DNA from: the human T2T-CHM13v2.0 reference genome, Homo sapiens
NCBI RefSeq assembly: GCF_009914755.1
Contig: NC_060925.1
Strand: one strand, 5' to 3'
DNA length: 64,000 nt
Below, one piece after another: positions 13,551 to 29,037 of this stretch. The first letter of the stretch is position 1. Each line of letters opens with the position of its first letter. Both the position numbers and the translations under genes were made by a program. Under the pieces are notes generated by a model. It saw nothing but the letters and a program-made list of their open reading frames with translations. It did no database searches and was not told the origin of the DNA.

Positions 13551-14158
13551 TTTTTTATTAAACTTTAAGTTCTAGGGTACATGTGCACAACGTGCAGGTT
13601 TATTACATATGTATACATGTGTCACGTTGGTATGCTGCACTCATTAACTCATCATTTACATTAGGTATATCTCCTAATGCTATCCCTCCCCCCTCCCCCA
13701 CCCCATGACAGGCCCCGGTGTGTGATGTTCCCCACCCTGTGTCCAAGGGTTCTCATTGTTCACTTCCCACCTGTGAGTGAGAACATGCGGTGTTTGGTTT
13801 TCTGTCCTTGCGATAGTTTGCTCAGAATGATGTTTTCTAGCTTCATCCATGTCCCTACAAAGGACATGAACTCATCTTTTTATGGCTGCATAGTATTCCA
13901 TGGTGTGTATGTGCCACATTTTCTTAATCCAGTCTAACACTGATGGACATTTGGGTTGGTTTCAAGTCTTTGCTATTGTGAATAGTGCTGCAATAAACAC
14001 ACGTGTGCATGTGTCTTTATAGCAGCATGATTTATAATCCTTTGGGTATATACCCAGTAATGGGATGGCTGGGTCAGATGGTATTTCTAGTTGTAGATTC
14101 TTGAGAATCGCCACACTGTCTTTCACAATGGTTGAACTGGTTTACAGTCCCGCCAACT
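13551..14158 (-). mobile_element. 5'-truncated L1PA (PA4/5-like)
   Basis: Reverse L1 3'UTR and ORF2 end; flanking duplication acacgtatttct (~13539-13550) and acacatatttct (~14166-14177). Confidence 0.93.
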
Positions 14159-14263
14159 GGCAAACACACATATTTCTAAAGCAACTTTAAATCCTCCATA
14201 GCCGGGGTTGACTAGGTACTGAGCGTGCCAGGCTCTGCAGAGTGGAGACTTAAATCCAAGGTC

Positions 14264-14527
14264 ATGGCAAAACATCTGAAATTCACCGCCAGGACTGAGA
14301 TGGTACAGGAAGGAAACGTGGAAGGTGCATACAGGACCCTAAACAGAATCCTCACTGTGGATGGGCTCCTTGAGGACATTAAATGTCCATGGTATAATGA
14401 AAAGCCATGCCGCCAGCGACAGAGGAAAAGCTATAAAAGGTGCTGGCAGATCTATAACATGGAAATGGCTCGCAAGATCAACTTCTTGATGCAAAAGAAC
14501 TGGGTAGATCCGTGGCAGGGCTGCTGA
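14264..14527 (+). pseudogene. MRPS21P: Open 87-aa MRPS21-like frame (mitochondrial ribosomal protein bS21m) within the retrocopy
   Basis: [30 protein letters not shown]...[22 protein letters not shown]; recognisably MRPS21, with no stop or frameshift and many Arg->Trp/Gln changes typical of CpG decay. Confidence 0.92.
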
Positions 14528-14719
14528 GGCCTGTGGATGGGACACCCAGTATGAAACCCTCATCCAAATTTGTCTCCATCTCTTTTCTTTCTACAATCCC
14601 ATTTCCTATTACCGTTCTCTACAATAAACTCAATCACATGTTTGCAAGAAGGACTCCACATATAGAAACAATCCCATTAGTCAGCAGTGGACCCTCTCTT
14701 ATTAAGTGAAAGAAGAAAC

Positions 14720-15270
<551 letters not shown>

Positions 15271-16369
15271 ATTTGTTGAAAGTAAAAAAAAAAAAAAATC
15301 CTCCATAGCTGATAGGATGGTGTAAATTCATTTCTGAAAAGTTGGCTCTGCCTCTCATAATAAGTTCAAGGATCCATTATAGTAGAATGCCCTCTGCTGT
15401 TACAGATAAAACTTATTTTTTTCTTTGAAAGATAAAGCTCAGCTGCTGACCCACCCAGGTGAGGGCTTCTGCTGGTTATTACTTTGCCCCTGTTCCTAGG
15501 TGATCCATATAGGGTCATCCTGGTTGTACGCTGCACAATTCCAGCAGAGTCAGTCAGTCCCATTGAGCACAATGTGAATGGTACCTACCCCAACTTCCCT
15601 AGGAGGTGTACATGGCACAAACTGCACAGCAGAATATGGTGTTCTGAGGCTACCCCTATTGTGAATGAGGACAAAGAAGAACGTGAGTCATGCCTAGTCA
15701 CTACCTAAGTCTTCCGTGTGCACTTCCTCCTGCTTGAGTCCCAATCTTTTGCAAGGCCTGGAGTCCTAGCTCTACCACCTGGACATGATTGTTTTCCAGT
15801 ATTACAGTCTTCTTGGGATCAGCCTGCTTCCACAGGACTGTCAAACTATCCGGGGTCTTGCTATAGATAGGATTTCAGGAATGTTTCTTCTGGGGAGTAG
15901 TCTGAATGGGTCATGGCCAATGACTCAGGTAAGGGGGCAGTGTTTCATGAATTCATTCAGCATTAATTCAGCACCTGTTAGGTGCCTTCGACTATGCTAA
16001 GATGTAGCAATTATATGGAGAATGTGATGAGATACGGCACTGGAGAAAGTTCCCACTGTAATCAGACAGGGACTTTAATAGAGTAGATAGACCAGATAAA
16101 GGGTAGAAATTTATGCCAAGCTTTGCTTAGGTACACTGAAACTGAAGAGCTGGTGGGACATCCCTTCAGATGCTGATTTTGTATAGAGTTTTAAGAGTTT
16201 CTTGGCTAAGAAGTTAACCTGTGCCCACTGCTGGGATTCAGCTAACTGGCATTTCCAGCGGAGTGATGAGACAGAAGTCTATTTACACACTTTATTCCTC
16301 TTTATGATCTAAATACATGTTGTTCTCTCTGTTGTTTCATTCTTCTTCATTTTACCTTCACAGAACTAA

Positions 16370-17790
<1,421 letters not shown>

Positions 17791-18726
17791 GGTCTTCATT
17801 GTCCACAGCCACACTCTGTGTGGCCAGTGTCCACCTGCTGCTTCTTTCTTTTGGGCAGCATTTTTGTGGCTTCTTCAGAGATTTCCCCACCGGGATCTTT
17901 CACTTGCGATTCCCTGACATTGATGAAGCCTGCTATAGCCAGCTTACTTAGAACATTCCCCTTATCCCTTGACTGCCAGCGGACTTCCCCTCAACATGCC
18001 CTCTGCTGAAGTCACCTCATCCTGCATCCTTGTGGACAAGGTCACTTTCAAGATGATCCAGTCTGGTTCACAGTGAACCATAGGAAACACGCGCCTTTCC
18101 TGCCAAACTCTGAGTGAGCAGGTTATTCCTGATGCAGTTTCATCTTTGCATTCTGTTATTACAGGGGGGTTCATCCAGTTACTCACATTTAGACCCTTTC
18201 AAATGTAAGTCAGATACCAGTACCAGGGCCTTCCCAACTCCAAAAAGAATGCGGTCAGCTTTGTAAGAGATTTTCTGTAACCTCCATCATTTTGTTTGAG
18301 AGAAGAGGGTGGAAGATGACATAACATATACAAAACTCTCTTAAAAGTAATTCCTTACTACCAATCTATTCTTAGAAAATTCTTGTCCTCTTAAAAATCT
18401 AGAGGCTTATATGGCAAAAGGCAGTTTTCCAATCTCTTAGCATTTCCGACACAAATGGTCTATGATGTATTTTCTTGCACATTTGGTCTGGTACTTATTT
18501 TTCTAGGTGTGCCAAAACCTCAATACTGCACAGAATAAAAATCACAACTAAAATTTTATGAGAGCAGTATATATTTTATTAATTATAAGGAAAATATAGG
18601 AGAGTATTACACCACCTCCACCCACAACAAATGCCAAAATAAATACTCATTGAACATTTTGGTTCTCCCTAATGTTCTCCTCCACAATGTGATATAAAAC
18701 TAGCATTGACCCTAAGCTTGACAAAC

Positions 18727-18792
18727 AGATGATAGATAGGTAGGTAGGTAGGTAGATGATACATAGATAGATAGATAGATAGAAGATAGATA
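18727..18792. repeat. (GATA)n/(GGTA)n tetranucleotide repeat
   Basis: gatagataggtaggtaggtagg...atagatagatagatag. Confidence 0.9.
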
Positions 18793-18793
18793 C

Positions 18794-19314
18794 TGTGGTA
18801 GATAATTTTTCATCAGCTTTAATTGCCACTCATGATAGATTGCAGAAATAAAAACAAATCTATTCCTTCATGATGTGCAACATCTTTGCAGCTTCTCCCT
18901 TCAAAAGATGGAATTTTTCTTCACTCCTAGAATCTGGGCTGCCTTAATAACTTGCTTTGGCCAATAGGATGGTAGCGGACATGTTGCAAACAGAGCTGTG
19001 AAAAGCATTTTCCCATTTAGGGCTTGCCTTCTTGCTGCTCTGGGAAGCTCTGCTGTGAGGTGAACAAGCCCAAGCTAGCTACTGAATGATGAGAGACATG
19101 TTGCCCACCACCTGTCCCTGTCACCCCCAGCAGAGGTACCTAACTGTCCTACAGCTGACCACAGACCCATGAGTGAGTCCAGCTGAGAACAGAACTGTCC
19201 AACTGAGCCCAGTTCGGATTGCTGACCTATAGAGTTATGAGCTAAACAAACAGCAGTTGCTGTTAGTTGCTAAATTTTAAAGTAGTTGGCCACATAACAA
19301 TAGATAACCGATAT
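18794..19314 (+). mobile_element. MLT1G/H-like MaLR LTR
   Basis: gaatctgggctgcc...cttgctttggccaatagg; aagcccaagctagc; ends caatagataaccgata. Confidence 0.75.
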
Positions 19315-20429
19315 GCCAGTTTTACATACCCTTAAAATACGCTCTGTTTTCAAGTATGTTGAGGAAAGATGAATTATTTATTTACACTAAAAATTACAAG
19401 GGTACAAGGGGGCTATAAACAAATTATTTTCCTCTCATTATACCTACACTATAGCATTACTAAGTTCTGCCTCTCTTTACAGATTCTTTATCCTGACAGA
19501 AGAATCATGGTTCATTCATGAGTATCCTGTCGCTCTCTTTCCATACAGCCTAGCACAGTGATTGATATACAGTTGATAATCAACAAATATATGTTGACTA
19601 AATTAATGGTGTTTGAATAAAAATAAAAAGAGACTTATTCTAAGTATTGAGAAAATTAAGAATGAAAAGAGATAGAGCATATTCTTTGTCTTTTTCATCT
19701 TAAAGCTTAAATTTTCTTTCTACATTTATTTGTTCATGTATATAAAAAACACTAGGATCTCCTCCACATATTTTCAGCCTACAATTCATATTATTTCATA
19801 TCTTTATTCCTCATTTCAAAAAGTGGTGGCATGCCCTGAAAAAGGTGGAGAAAGTCCTGATACAGGAAAGTGACAACTCCAGCCCAAACTATATGGAATA
19901 ATAATAGTGTAGGTACACAGAAAATGACCTGAAGAATCTGGAAGAAGTGGACTTCAGATAGGACTAGAACAGAAAGTATTCTCTTTGTTAATGTGAGTAA
20001 GGAAAATCACCATTTTCTTAGCAAAGAAAGACTGGAATTAAGCATCAGAAACTGCTGTATCATATCCTTAGTTGCTACATAAAAGACATATTTGAATTAC
20101 TCTATATACATTTCATTACAGAGCATAGATTTAACCACTTGTAATCAATTCTTTCATTGGAGGGGCATAACATTGACATAAGTCCCGACAACACCTCTGA
20201 CACATCTCAATCCTGCAAAAGAGCCCTATTTGCTTTTTTCTTTCCTCTCATGAGCCCCTGTACTAAACAGTTTATTCTGGAGTAACCAGAACAGGAGCTT
20301 TTTAACACGAGAATGACTATCTTAAATAAGGTCTACATTGAGATTAAGGCCAGTCAAAGAACCCACTTGGGGTACCACAGGGGCTTAGGCAATCAAGATT
20401 AATAAATAACCTGAATACACCATGACACA

Positions 20430-21045
20430 GTGGGTGTATTCAGGAATTTGAGGGGGGTTTGACATTGGAAAATATGTTAATATAATTTACTGTATTAATA
20501 GGTTCAAGAAGATAAATATAATTGCCTTCATAAATGCTGAAAAAGTCTGATGAAACCCAACAGCCATTCCTCATAAAAGTCTCTTAAGAAAACAGGAATT
20601 TATAGATGCTTCCTTAACATGTTACAAGTATATTTATCTAAAATCTAAAACCAGAATCTTATTTAATGAGGAAATATTAAAAGTAGTTCCACTAAAGTCA
20701 TAAAAAAAGCAAGAATTCTCACTATTTACCATTGTTCTGGAGGCATTATTTAAAGTAGTTTAAATAGAGAAAACAGATATATAAGACATAAACAAGAAAA
20801 AAAGGCTATTGATATCTACAGATAACATTATAGTACATCTGGAAAACATTAAGAATAAATGGTAAAGATAACACAATAAAATAATTTAAGAAAGTAACAA
20901 GATATAAAATTAACCTGCAAAATTAATAAAATTTATATACCCAAATAATGGCACGTATTGTTGGAATTATGTTATTAAAAACATAAAACGAAAAAAATTT
21001 AAACAGCAATAAAAACACATAACACTTAGAAATAAACTTAACATG
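20430..21045 (+). mobile_element. Old L1M ORF2 (RT region) fragment
   Basis: taaatgctgaaaaagtctgatgaaacccaacagccattcc and downstream L1-like sequence. Confidence 0.65.
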
Positions 21046-22409
21046 TGTACACCAAAAGTATCTGAGACAGGTCTCAATCAATTTAGAAGTTTATTTTGCC
21101 AAGGTTAAGGACATACAACACAGCCTCAGGAAGTCCTGAGAACATGTGCCCAAGGCAGTCAGACTATAGTTTGGTTTTATATATTTTAGGGAGACATAAG
21201 ACATCAATCAGTACAGCAGTCCCCAACCTTTTTGGTGCCAGAGACTAGATTCATGAAAGACAATTTTTCCATGGACCAGAGGGGTTGTGGGGATAGTTTG
21301 GGGATGATTTAAGTGCATTATATTTGTTGTGCACTTTATTTCTCTTATTATTGCATTGTAATATATAGTGAAATCATTATACAGCTCACCATAATATAGA
21401 ATCAGTGGGACCCCTGAGCTTGTTTTCCTGCAACTAGATGGTCCCATATGGGGGTGATAGGAGACAGTGACAGATCATCAGGCATTAGATTCTCATAAGG
21501 TGTATGCAACCCAGATCCCGCTCATGTGCAGTTCACAGTAGAGTTCAAGCTCCTGTGAGAATCTATGGTCACTGCCGACCTGACAGGAGGCAGAGTTCAG
21601 GTGGTAATGCAAGTGATGGGGAGCAGCTATAAATACAGATGAAGCTTCATGTGCCTGCCTGCCATTCAACTCCTGCTGTGCAGCCCAGTTCCTAACAGGC
21701 CATGGAACAACACTGGTTGGGGACCCCTGAATCAATACATATGAGATATACATTGGTTCAGTCCGGAAAGGCAGGACAACTCAAAGTTTTGGGGAGGGCT
21801 TCCAGAACATAGGTGGATTCAATTCTTATTGGCAATTGGTTGAAAGAGTTTATTTAAAGACCTAGAATCAATAGAAGGGAGTGTCTGGGTTAAGATAGCA
21901 GTTGTGGAGACCAAAGGCTTTTTTTTATGCAGATGAAGCCTCCAAGTAACAGGCTTCAGAGAGAATCAATTGTAAATGTTTCCTCTCAGACTTGAAAAGG
22001 TGCCAGATTCTTAGTGAATTCTCTCCTGGATCAGGAAGGGGATTCTCTACAGAATATAGATTTTCCCCAAAAGAGACAGCTTGGCAGGTCCATTTTAAAT
22101 ATGTCAAAAAAATATATTTTGGGGTAAAATACTTTGATTTCTTTTAGGGACTATCATCTGTCATGTTGCTGTCTTATTGCTACAGAGTCTGCTTTGTCAG
22201 TCCTAAGGTCTCTGTTTTAATGTTAATGCTGGTTAGTTGTGCCTGAGTTCCAAAGGCAGGAGGGTATAATGAGACACATCTGACCACCCATTTCCATCAT
22301 GGTTTGTACTCATGTTTAGGGTTAAATTTGGAATGCCTTCGGCCAAGAGGAGGGCTCCATTTAGTTGGTAGGGGTGGGGGAGGGATTTGAATTTTATTTT
22401 TGATTTACA
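21046..22409 (-). mobile_element. MER4-family ERV1 solo LTR interrupted by MER1A
   Basis: aagtatctgagacaggtctcaatcaatttagaagtttattttgccaagg start; reverse TG...CA termini; flanks catg/caag. Confidence 0.85.
21214..21729. mobile_element. MER1A (hAT-Charlie non-autonomous DNA transposon)
   Basis: Terminal inverted repeats cagcagtccccaacc and ggttggggacccctg; 8-bp hAT-type TSD aatcagta (21206-21213) and aatcaata (21730-21737). Confidence 0.92.
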
Positions 22410-22659
22410 CAAGAGATGCTCAAAACCTAAAATCACAAAAGTACACTTGAGCAAGTGGGAAGACATTCTTATTTTTGGTTAGGCATCATCAAGCTAGACA
22501 AATTCACACTAAAGTTCTTATGAGAGAGAAGAGAGGACTTGTGCTGGAATGGTAAATGGCAGTGGAGAGTGTTTAGGGAGTGCTGGAGGGGGAAAATCAT
22601 CCTTTTTCACTATTGCTTTAAAGATTGGCTCAGGAAATCAGTGGAATACCTGTGGGATG

Positions 22660-23170
22660 AAAGTTTGATGAGAAGCAGGATACTTGTTTGGTCTTAAAGT
22701 GTCTCCTCACAAATTTCTTACTAGGTGCAAGTGGGGGAAAGTGTAACTACAGTGAGGAGATAAAAGACAGCACCTTGACTACATAATGGAAACTGACATT
22801 GTCAGTGAGGGGCAGATGGACATCTTGAGCCTTGACTTGTGATACACTAAGGCAACAGCATCACGTATGTCATTTTCTTGCTGGGAATTCATGAGAAGCA
22901 TCAGACAGATTCAAAATGAGAAACACCCTTTTCTTAAAAAAAAAAAAAGATTCAAAGGAGCAATATACCAATTTTATATATATATATATGCATATATACA
23001 CCTGTGGAAATACTCCAGATTAAAGGAGACTAAGGAGACATAACAGTTAAATTACTGTAGACTGTATCCTCCACTGGATCCAGGAGGAAAAAAATGCTAT
23101 AAAAACCATTATTGGGTCAATTAACAAAATTACAATACAGGTGATAGATTAGATAATTATTATCTCTTTA
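22660..23170 (+). mobile_element. L1MC-type 3'UTR fragment with a (TA)n tract
   Basis: aaagtgtctcctcacaaatttctt...gtcagtgaggggcagatggacatc...aaaaccattattgggtcaatt; (TA)n at ~22975-22999. Confidence 0.6.
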
Positions 23171-23914
23171 TACCATTTCCAGCCTCTTTTCAAGAGGCAG
23201 CATTCTTCAATTGATAAAAGAGAAACTAGGACCTTGAAAAAAGAAAACATATTCCTCTGCACAGACAAGGTGGAGGAAACACATGTGGATACACAGAGAG
23301 GATTGGCAGAACCTGAAGAAGAGAAATGGGCTGAATAGAACAGATGGTTCTCTCAATCACGTAGATTAAAAAATCATCTCCTTGATGAGGAAGGTTTGAA
23401 GTTGCACAGTACAATATTCCCAAGGCTAAGTAGAGAGCGCTCATGAGTAAACTGTGTATGTGTCTCCTTACAGAGCACTTATTTCACCATTAACATAACA
23501 TCACCTCTTCAGGTAGCTCTGCTTTACTCTCTTCTTGTGAGCCCCATACTGACTCATTTATTTTGACATTAACAGAATAAGGGCTTTTAACATGGAAATT
23601 TATATCTTTCACAGGGCCTTGGTTTAGAATCAGAGATGTCCAGGGAATAAACTTTGAATCACAGAAGGGCTAATTAAGGCTAATAAGCAGCAGGAAGCAA
23701 GCTGGCCTCCCTACTTTCTGCTCCTCTGAGGTGTGACTCTGTAAGCTACTTGCTTTACTGTCACTTTTGATTTCCCATTTAAAAGAGGAACATGAATGTG
23801 GATTAAGCAAGGCTACTTAAATATTTAATAAAAGGTGGAAATGAAAACTAATCACCCTAGCAAAATAAAAAAAGCATAAATCTAATCAACAGAACTACCA
23901 AAAAAGAGCCAAAA

Positions 23915-24018
23915 TATGTTGTTCAAGGCCACACAGCTAGTAAGTGACAGAGTGGGAATTAGAACTAGGTCTACCTGACCCCAAAACCCAAAACTCATGC
24001 TCTTAGCCTCTGCACTAT
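23915..24018 (-). mobile_element. MIR fragment
   Basis: gttcaaggccacacagctagtaagtgacagagtgggaattagaactaggtct. Confidence 0.8.
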
Positions 24019-24023
24019 AATGC

Positions 24024-24620
<597 letters not shown>

Positions 24621-25679
24621 TGACCCCAAGGGAGGCCACAGTGCAGGTGTCCTGTCTGCCTTGCAGCATCCACAAGGGTCCAGACTGACAGGGTCAGTGC
24701 TGGAGTTTTAACTCCTAAGTCCTTAGAACCTCCTTCCTGTGAGTGATTGGAAATTTTCTGCACTAATCAACCCTGAGATTTTATGATTTTAAAAAAGTAT
24801 TAATAATAATCAGCCATCAGTAATAGAATATCTATAAATAGGCAATGTAACTAAACATTTACAGTCATAGAGAGCTCATGGCATCTGGGTCAACTTATTC
24901 TATCCTCAGTTTTTCTTCTGATGAGTTGACAGACAAATGTTTTCCTGTAATTTCCATATATAGGTAGAGATTTCTCTTCAGGAATTGCACAGAGCAAATT
25001 TAATGTAAGTGTCTAAAGACTGTGCTCATGCTCCCTGAACCCTAAGTCCTGAATCTGTTCCTTGTGTGACATAATATGGAGCTGCTTCTCCATCCTGGTC
25101 ACTGTGAGGCATGGAGGTAGGTGAAAAAATGAGAACAACAGAAGAGAATCAAAGCTACTATCTACAAGTGTTTGCAGATGTGCACTGGAAAGAGCAACCA
25201 AACCCACAAGAATCTAGATCTATAGCTCATAGAAAGCATATAGCAGCCTAGGAGAGGCCTGGTCATTCTGATAACTACCTCAGAACATCAGGTTTTGCCT
25301 TCTCTAGCCTAGAAAGCATACCCCCAGTGACTCTCACCGGTAGGCCCCACCCAGCTCCAAGGCCAATCAATCCTAAGCAAGACAAGTGCATATTAAGAGC
25401 CTCATCTTGGTCAAGAAGGAATGAAATGAATCTTCCTGGACTAATACTATGGTGGTGGGCCTCCTGAACCACCTGAAACCTATTAACTCTCATGTCTTTG
25501 ACGATGCAAACTCCATCTTGACAGAGTACTTATTTCCTGCCTTGTTCCTCCTGAAGACACTAGTGCCTCTAACTCCCAGCCCACACAAGACAATGTGAAC
25601 ATAATGGATAAGAAGTAGAACCAAAGTTGGCATTTCTGGTGAGTCTAAAGGCTCAGTGATGTTCTTTCACAGCTAATAC

Positions 25680-25790
25680 CTTCATTCAAGCATTCATTGA
25701 TTCAGTAACCATTTATTGCATGCCAAGCACTGGGATTATAAGGGGGAACAACTCGGATGGTTTCCTGCTTTCAGAGTCCACAGCCTAGTA
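25680..25790 (-). mobile_element. L2 3' fragment
   Basis: ttcattcaagcattcattgattcagtaaccatttattgcatgccaagcactg. Confidence 0.6.
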
Positions 25791-27495
25791 TTTGACATAT
25801 GCAATCCATAGACATTCAGGTGAAAGAAACTGTGCTTACAGGACTCTGGAAGTCCCCCACCACCTTTAGGTTACTGTAATTAGGCAATAACATAGCTACA
25901 ACAACAAAAGAAAAGTTCATTGGGAGATAACATTAGCTCATCCCAAGTTTGGGCCAGGGGAGCTCCTGAGGACTGAAACTTTGGAAACTACTCAAAGAGA
26001 CTCGGGGGCAGGGGCTTCACAATGATGCCAAACAGGAAAAATGGGGCTCATTTTTCATTAGAGTACACTGCAGGGCGTCTTCTAGCCTTTAGTGTGTGTC
26101 TTATATCAATGTTCTTCAGAAAACTGTCTACTTCCAGACAGATTTGGGCTCTTTCCCTAAAATCCCGCACCATTTGTCTCAGCTGGCAGAGCCTCCTGTT
26201 ACTAACCTCATCTTAATTCCCTGAACCCCGTGGCTTCTGAAACTTCCACCTTCCCTCTCTTCCTGTCCTCTGTCTTAGAACTCATCATTGCCCAAAAATG
26301 CTTCTCCTCCGAAATATGAAATGCCACCAGCCAAACCTCTGAACATAGCTTCTCATTTCTTGAGCTTTTTAACACTTTCTTTTTTCCAGCCCTTTCTCCT
26401 TGAGGTCCCCTATCCCCTAACTTGTTTCTATTTCCATTTTTTTATCTGACCATTTCCTGATCTTCTCTAATCCTGATCCATGGTAAACAACTTGAGATGG
26501 TCTCTCAACCACAGCCTAACTTGTCAGGTATTTGATTATGGAACAACCTGTCTTTTAACCCTCTTTACCTCAGCACATCCTCAAGAAAGCAATAAAGGGA
26601 ACGTCTCCATCTGTACTTTGTTACTGTCAGTGCAAACCCTGATGGAATCAAAACCTGCACTTACTCTTCATCCGTAGCCTTAAATTGAAGCCAAATGTTT
26701 CATAAACACTCAAATCTCAAGATATCAATCCTAAACCAAAGGTATTGTAGACCTACAGCCAGTTATGACTCTAATGCCAAAACTCCCATAAATGTTGTCA
26801 GAAACACAAAAGTGAATTCATTTTAATACTATATCTATTTAATCCAAAATCACATGGAAAAACTTTCTAATCACGCAGGTACTTGATATCTCCTAGAATA
26901 TATTTTAATGCCAACCCAAATGCTAATCTTAGTTACCATGCAACATATTGACTTTGAATATATTTGAATAATATTTGAATAATAATTCAAAGTTATTTCT
27001 AGATAATTTCTGTTCAATTAGATTTATAATCAGGTGTGCTGGATAAAAATATACAAAAAAAACATAAACTAAAGTGTATAATAATTATAACTTTTCTATG
27101 ATGTGTATAATTAAATTTAGTTTCTATCTCTAATCTCCATTCTGCCTACTGCCAAATAAGTAAATAGATATTAATCTTGTCGACTCAGGTTAATTTCAAT
27201 TATGTCAGGGTTTTCTCACTCAGCCCGATATTTCCCTCTCCCACTTTTCTCTGAAAATGACTCTAGAATAAGGGGCATGCATGCAGTGCAGAAAGGCACA
27301 TGTTGGAGATCAGGTCCTTAGGAATCACTTTCTATCCATGTAGGCAACTGGAGCATGTCTTTTGGCCTTCAGGCTAGATCATTTCTCCAGGTTGATATCT
27401 GTTAAGGTGTCCATATCCTTGCAGGTCATTCCATGCAATTTGCTTCCTTGTCCCAAATATGGCCCCCAGAGATTTTATGGGGCTCCTTCAGGCTC

Positions 27496-27612
27496 ACTAA
27501 ATATAAATTCCTTAGGGACAGAGATGCTACCTAAGTTGTACACCATTGTTCTCCCAGTGTAGCATAATACCTAGAATATAATACATACACAGTAAATGTT
27601 TGCTGATTGATA
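27496..27612 (+). mobile_element. L2 3' end
   Basis: taaattccttagggacag...tctcccagtgtagcataatacctag...agtaaatgtttgctgattga. Confidence 0.7.
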
Positions 27613-28699
27613 GACTCTTTGTTCCTTGGTTCCCCCACATAGCAATCTCTAACCTGTTTCTAAGTCCTGGCAGAATACAGGATTTCTTGTTTGCAGAGCT
27701 CTGTATGTAAAGCAGGTATGAATTTGGAATTTCCACAACTTATATGAAGGTTGAGTGGAATGTGACACCCACAGCTCATTGAATTTCTTAAAACAGAGGT
27801 TGGGTATCACATGTCATGACACTACTGGATAACAATAAATTAGGTTCTGCTTTCTCATCAACATCTGTTTTGACAAGGTAGCACTTTCAAAAATACCAAA
27901 ATTCAACCTCCAAAAGTTTTGGACAGTAACACAGACTTTTATAGACTATCTCTTGAGGATACAGAAAGTTTGGGGAGTGATATGATGGATATTATAATAC
28001 ATGGCACAATAAAAAACTTTTTAAAATTATCCTTTAGAAATATCTCTTGTCAAATGTAGTCATCATTGCATCAGCTCACCCTAAATCTCTTATTTTTCCC
28101 AAATTTTCAGCTTCCTTTTCTCACTCTAGACCTCCTATCCCAATTTCCTTACTCTCTTGCCCCTCCTCTCACCACCCAGAGCCTTCTTTTATATTTTGTC
28201 TTTGGGTTCCTTCAAGTTCCCTCTCTTCATTAGAAAGAACCTAAAAGCTGTGACTTCAAATCCAGGAGCTGACATTCAATAAAATAAAATATGCTGCATT
28301 CAATAATATGCTAAGTAAATATCTATTAGAGTTGTGCTCCTGCCAGCTAAAATATAAAGAGAATTTGAAAAGCAATTAATTATTAGAACCCAGTCTAGTG
28401 GCAAAGAGGCCTGGTGGGAGATGGGTGAGGGGTGCTCATAGCCTCAAATCAGACTTGAAATGTTAAGATGCCCTTCAAATCCAAGGACACTGAGTTGCAA
28501 GTCCATTCCATTTATAGGACATGGATTTGAAGTCTCTACTGGCACAGAAACCATAAGACAAAACACAACTTATTTTTTTACAGTTTTGTGAAAAACAATC
28601 CCAGAAGTCTTGCTCTAGGTCTCATGCCTCAACCCAAAGTTCAGGTCTCTATGAAGCATCAGTGCACTGACACTGTAAAGTCAAGGTGCCCAGCTGGTT

Positions 28700-29037
28700 A
28701 TGACAGAGACTTCTAGTTGCACATCAATTATTCAACGCCCCCCCCTTCTTATCTGGTAAATGCAGAGGATGGCCATGCGACCAGATGAACATCCAGATTT
28801 CCCATCCACCTCTTTGTGGATAGGGGTAGCCACATGACTGCATTATGCGCAATGATATGTAGGTTGAAGTTGTTGGGTGGTACTTCTGGGAAAGCTTTTG
28901 TGAACCTCTTTGAAACAATTCAGTCTTTGCAGGAATAGCTATCTTTTAGGTGAAAGAAAAACAAGCTCCTAACGTATTTAAGCCATCATCATTCAGGTTT
29001 TTGTAACTAGCAATTAAGCAAATTCCTAATATTTACT
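28700..29037 (+). mobile_element. MLT1J/K-like LTR fragment
   Basis: ggggtagccacatgact...caatgatatgtaggttgaagtt...cttctgggaaagct. Confidence 0.55.

Noticed and set aside
14225-14263. 13-codon N-terminal extension of the MRPS21 ORF in the ORF track
   Set aside because: It starts at GTG in the copied 5'UTR; the homologous start is the ATG at 14264.
26953-26992. Short tandem (atatttgaata)-like repeat with partial dyad symmetry; similar low-complexity tract at 46085-46160
   Set aside because: Ordinary AT-rich slippage products with no spacer structure.
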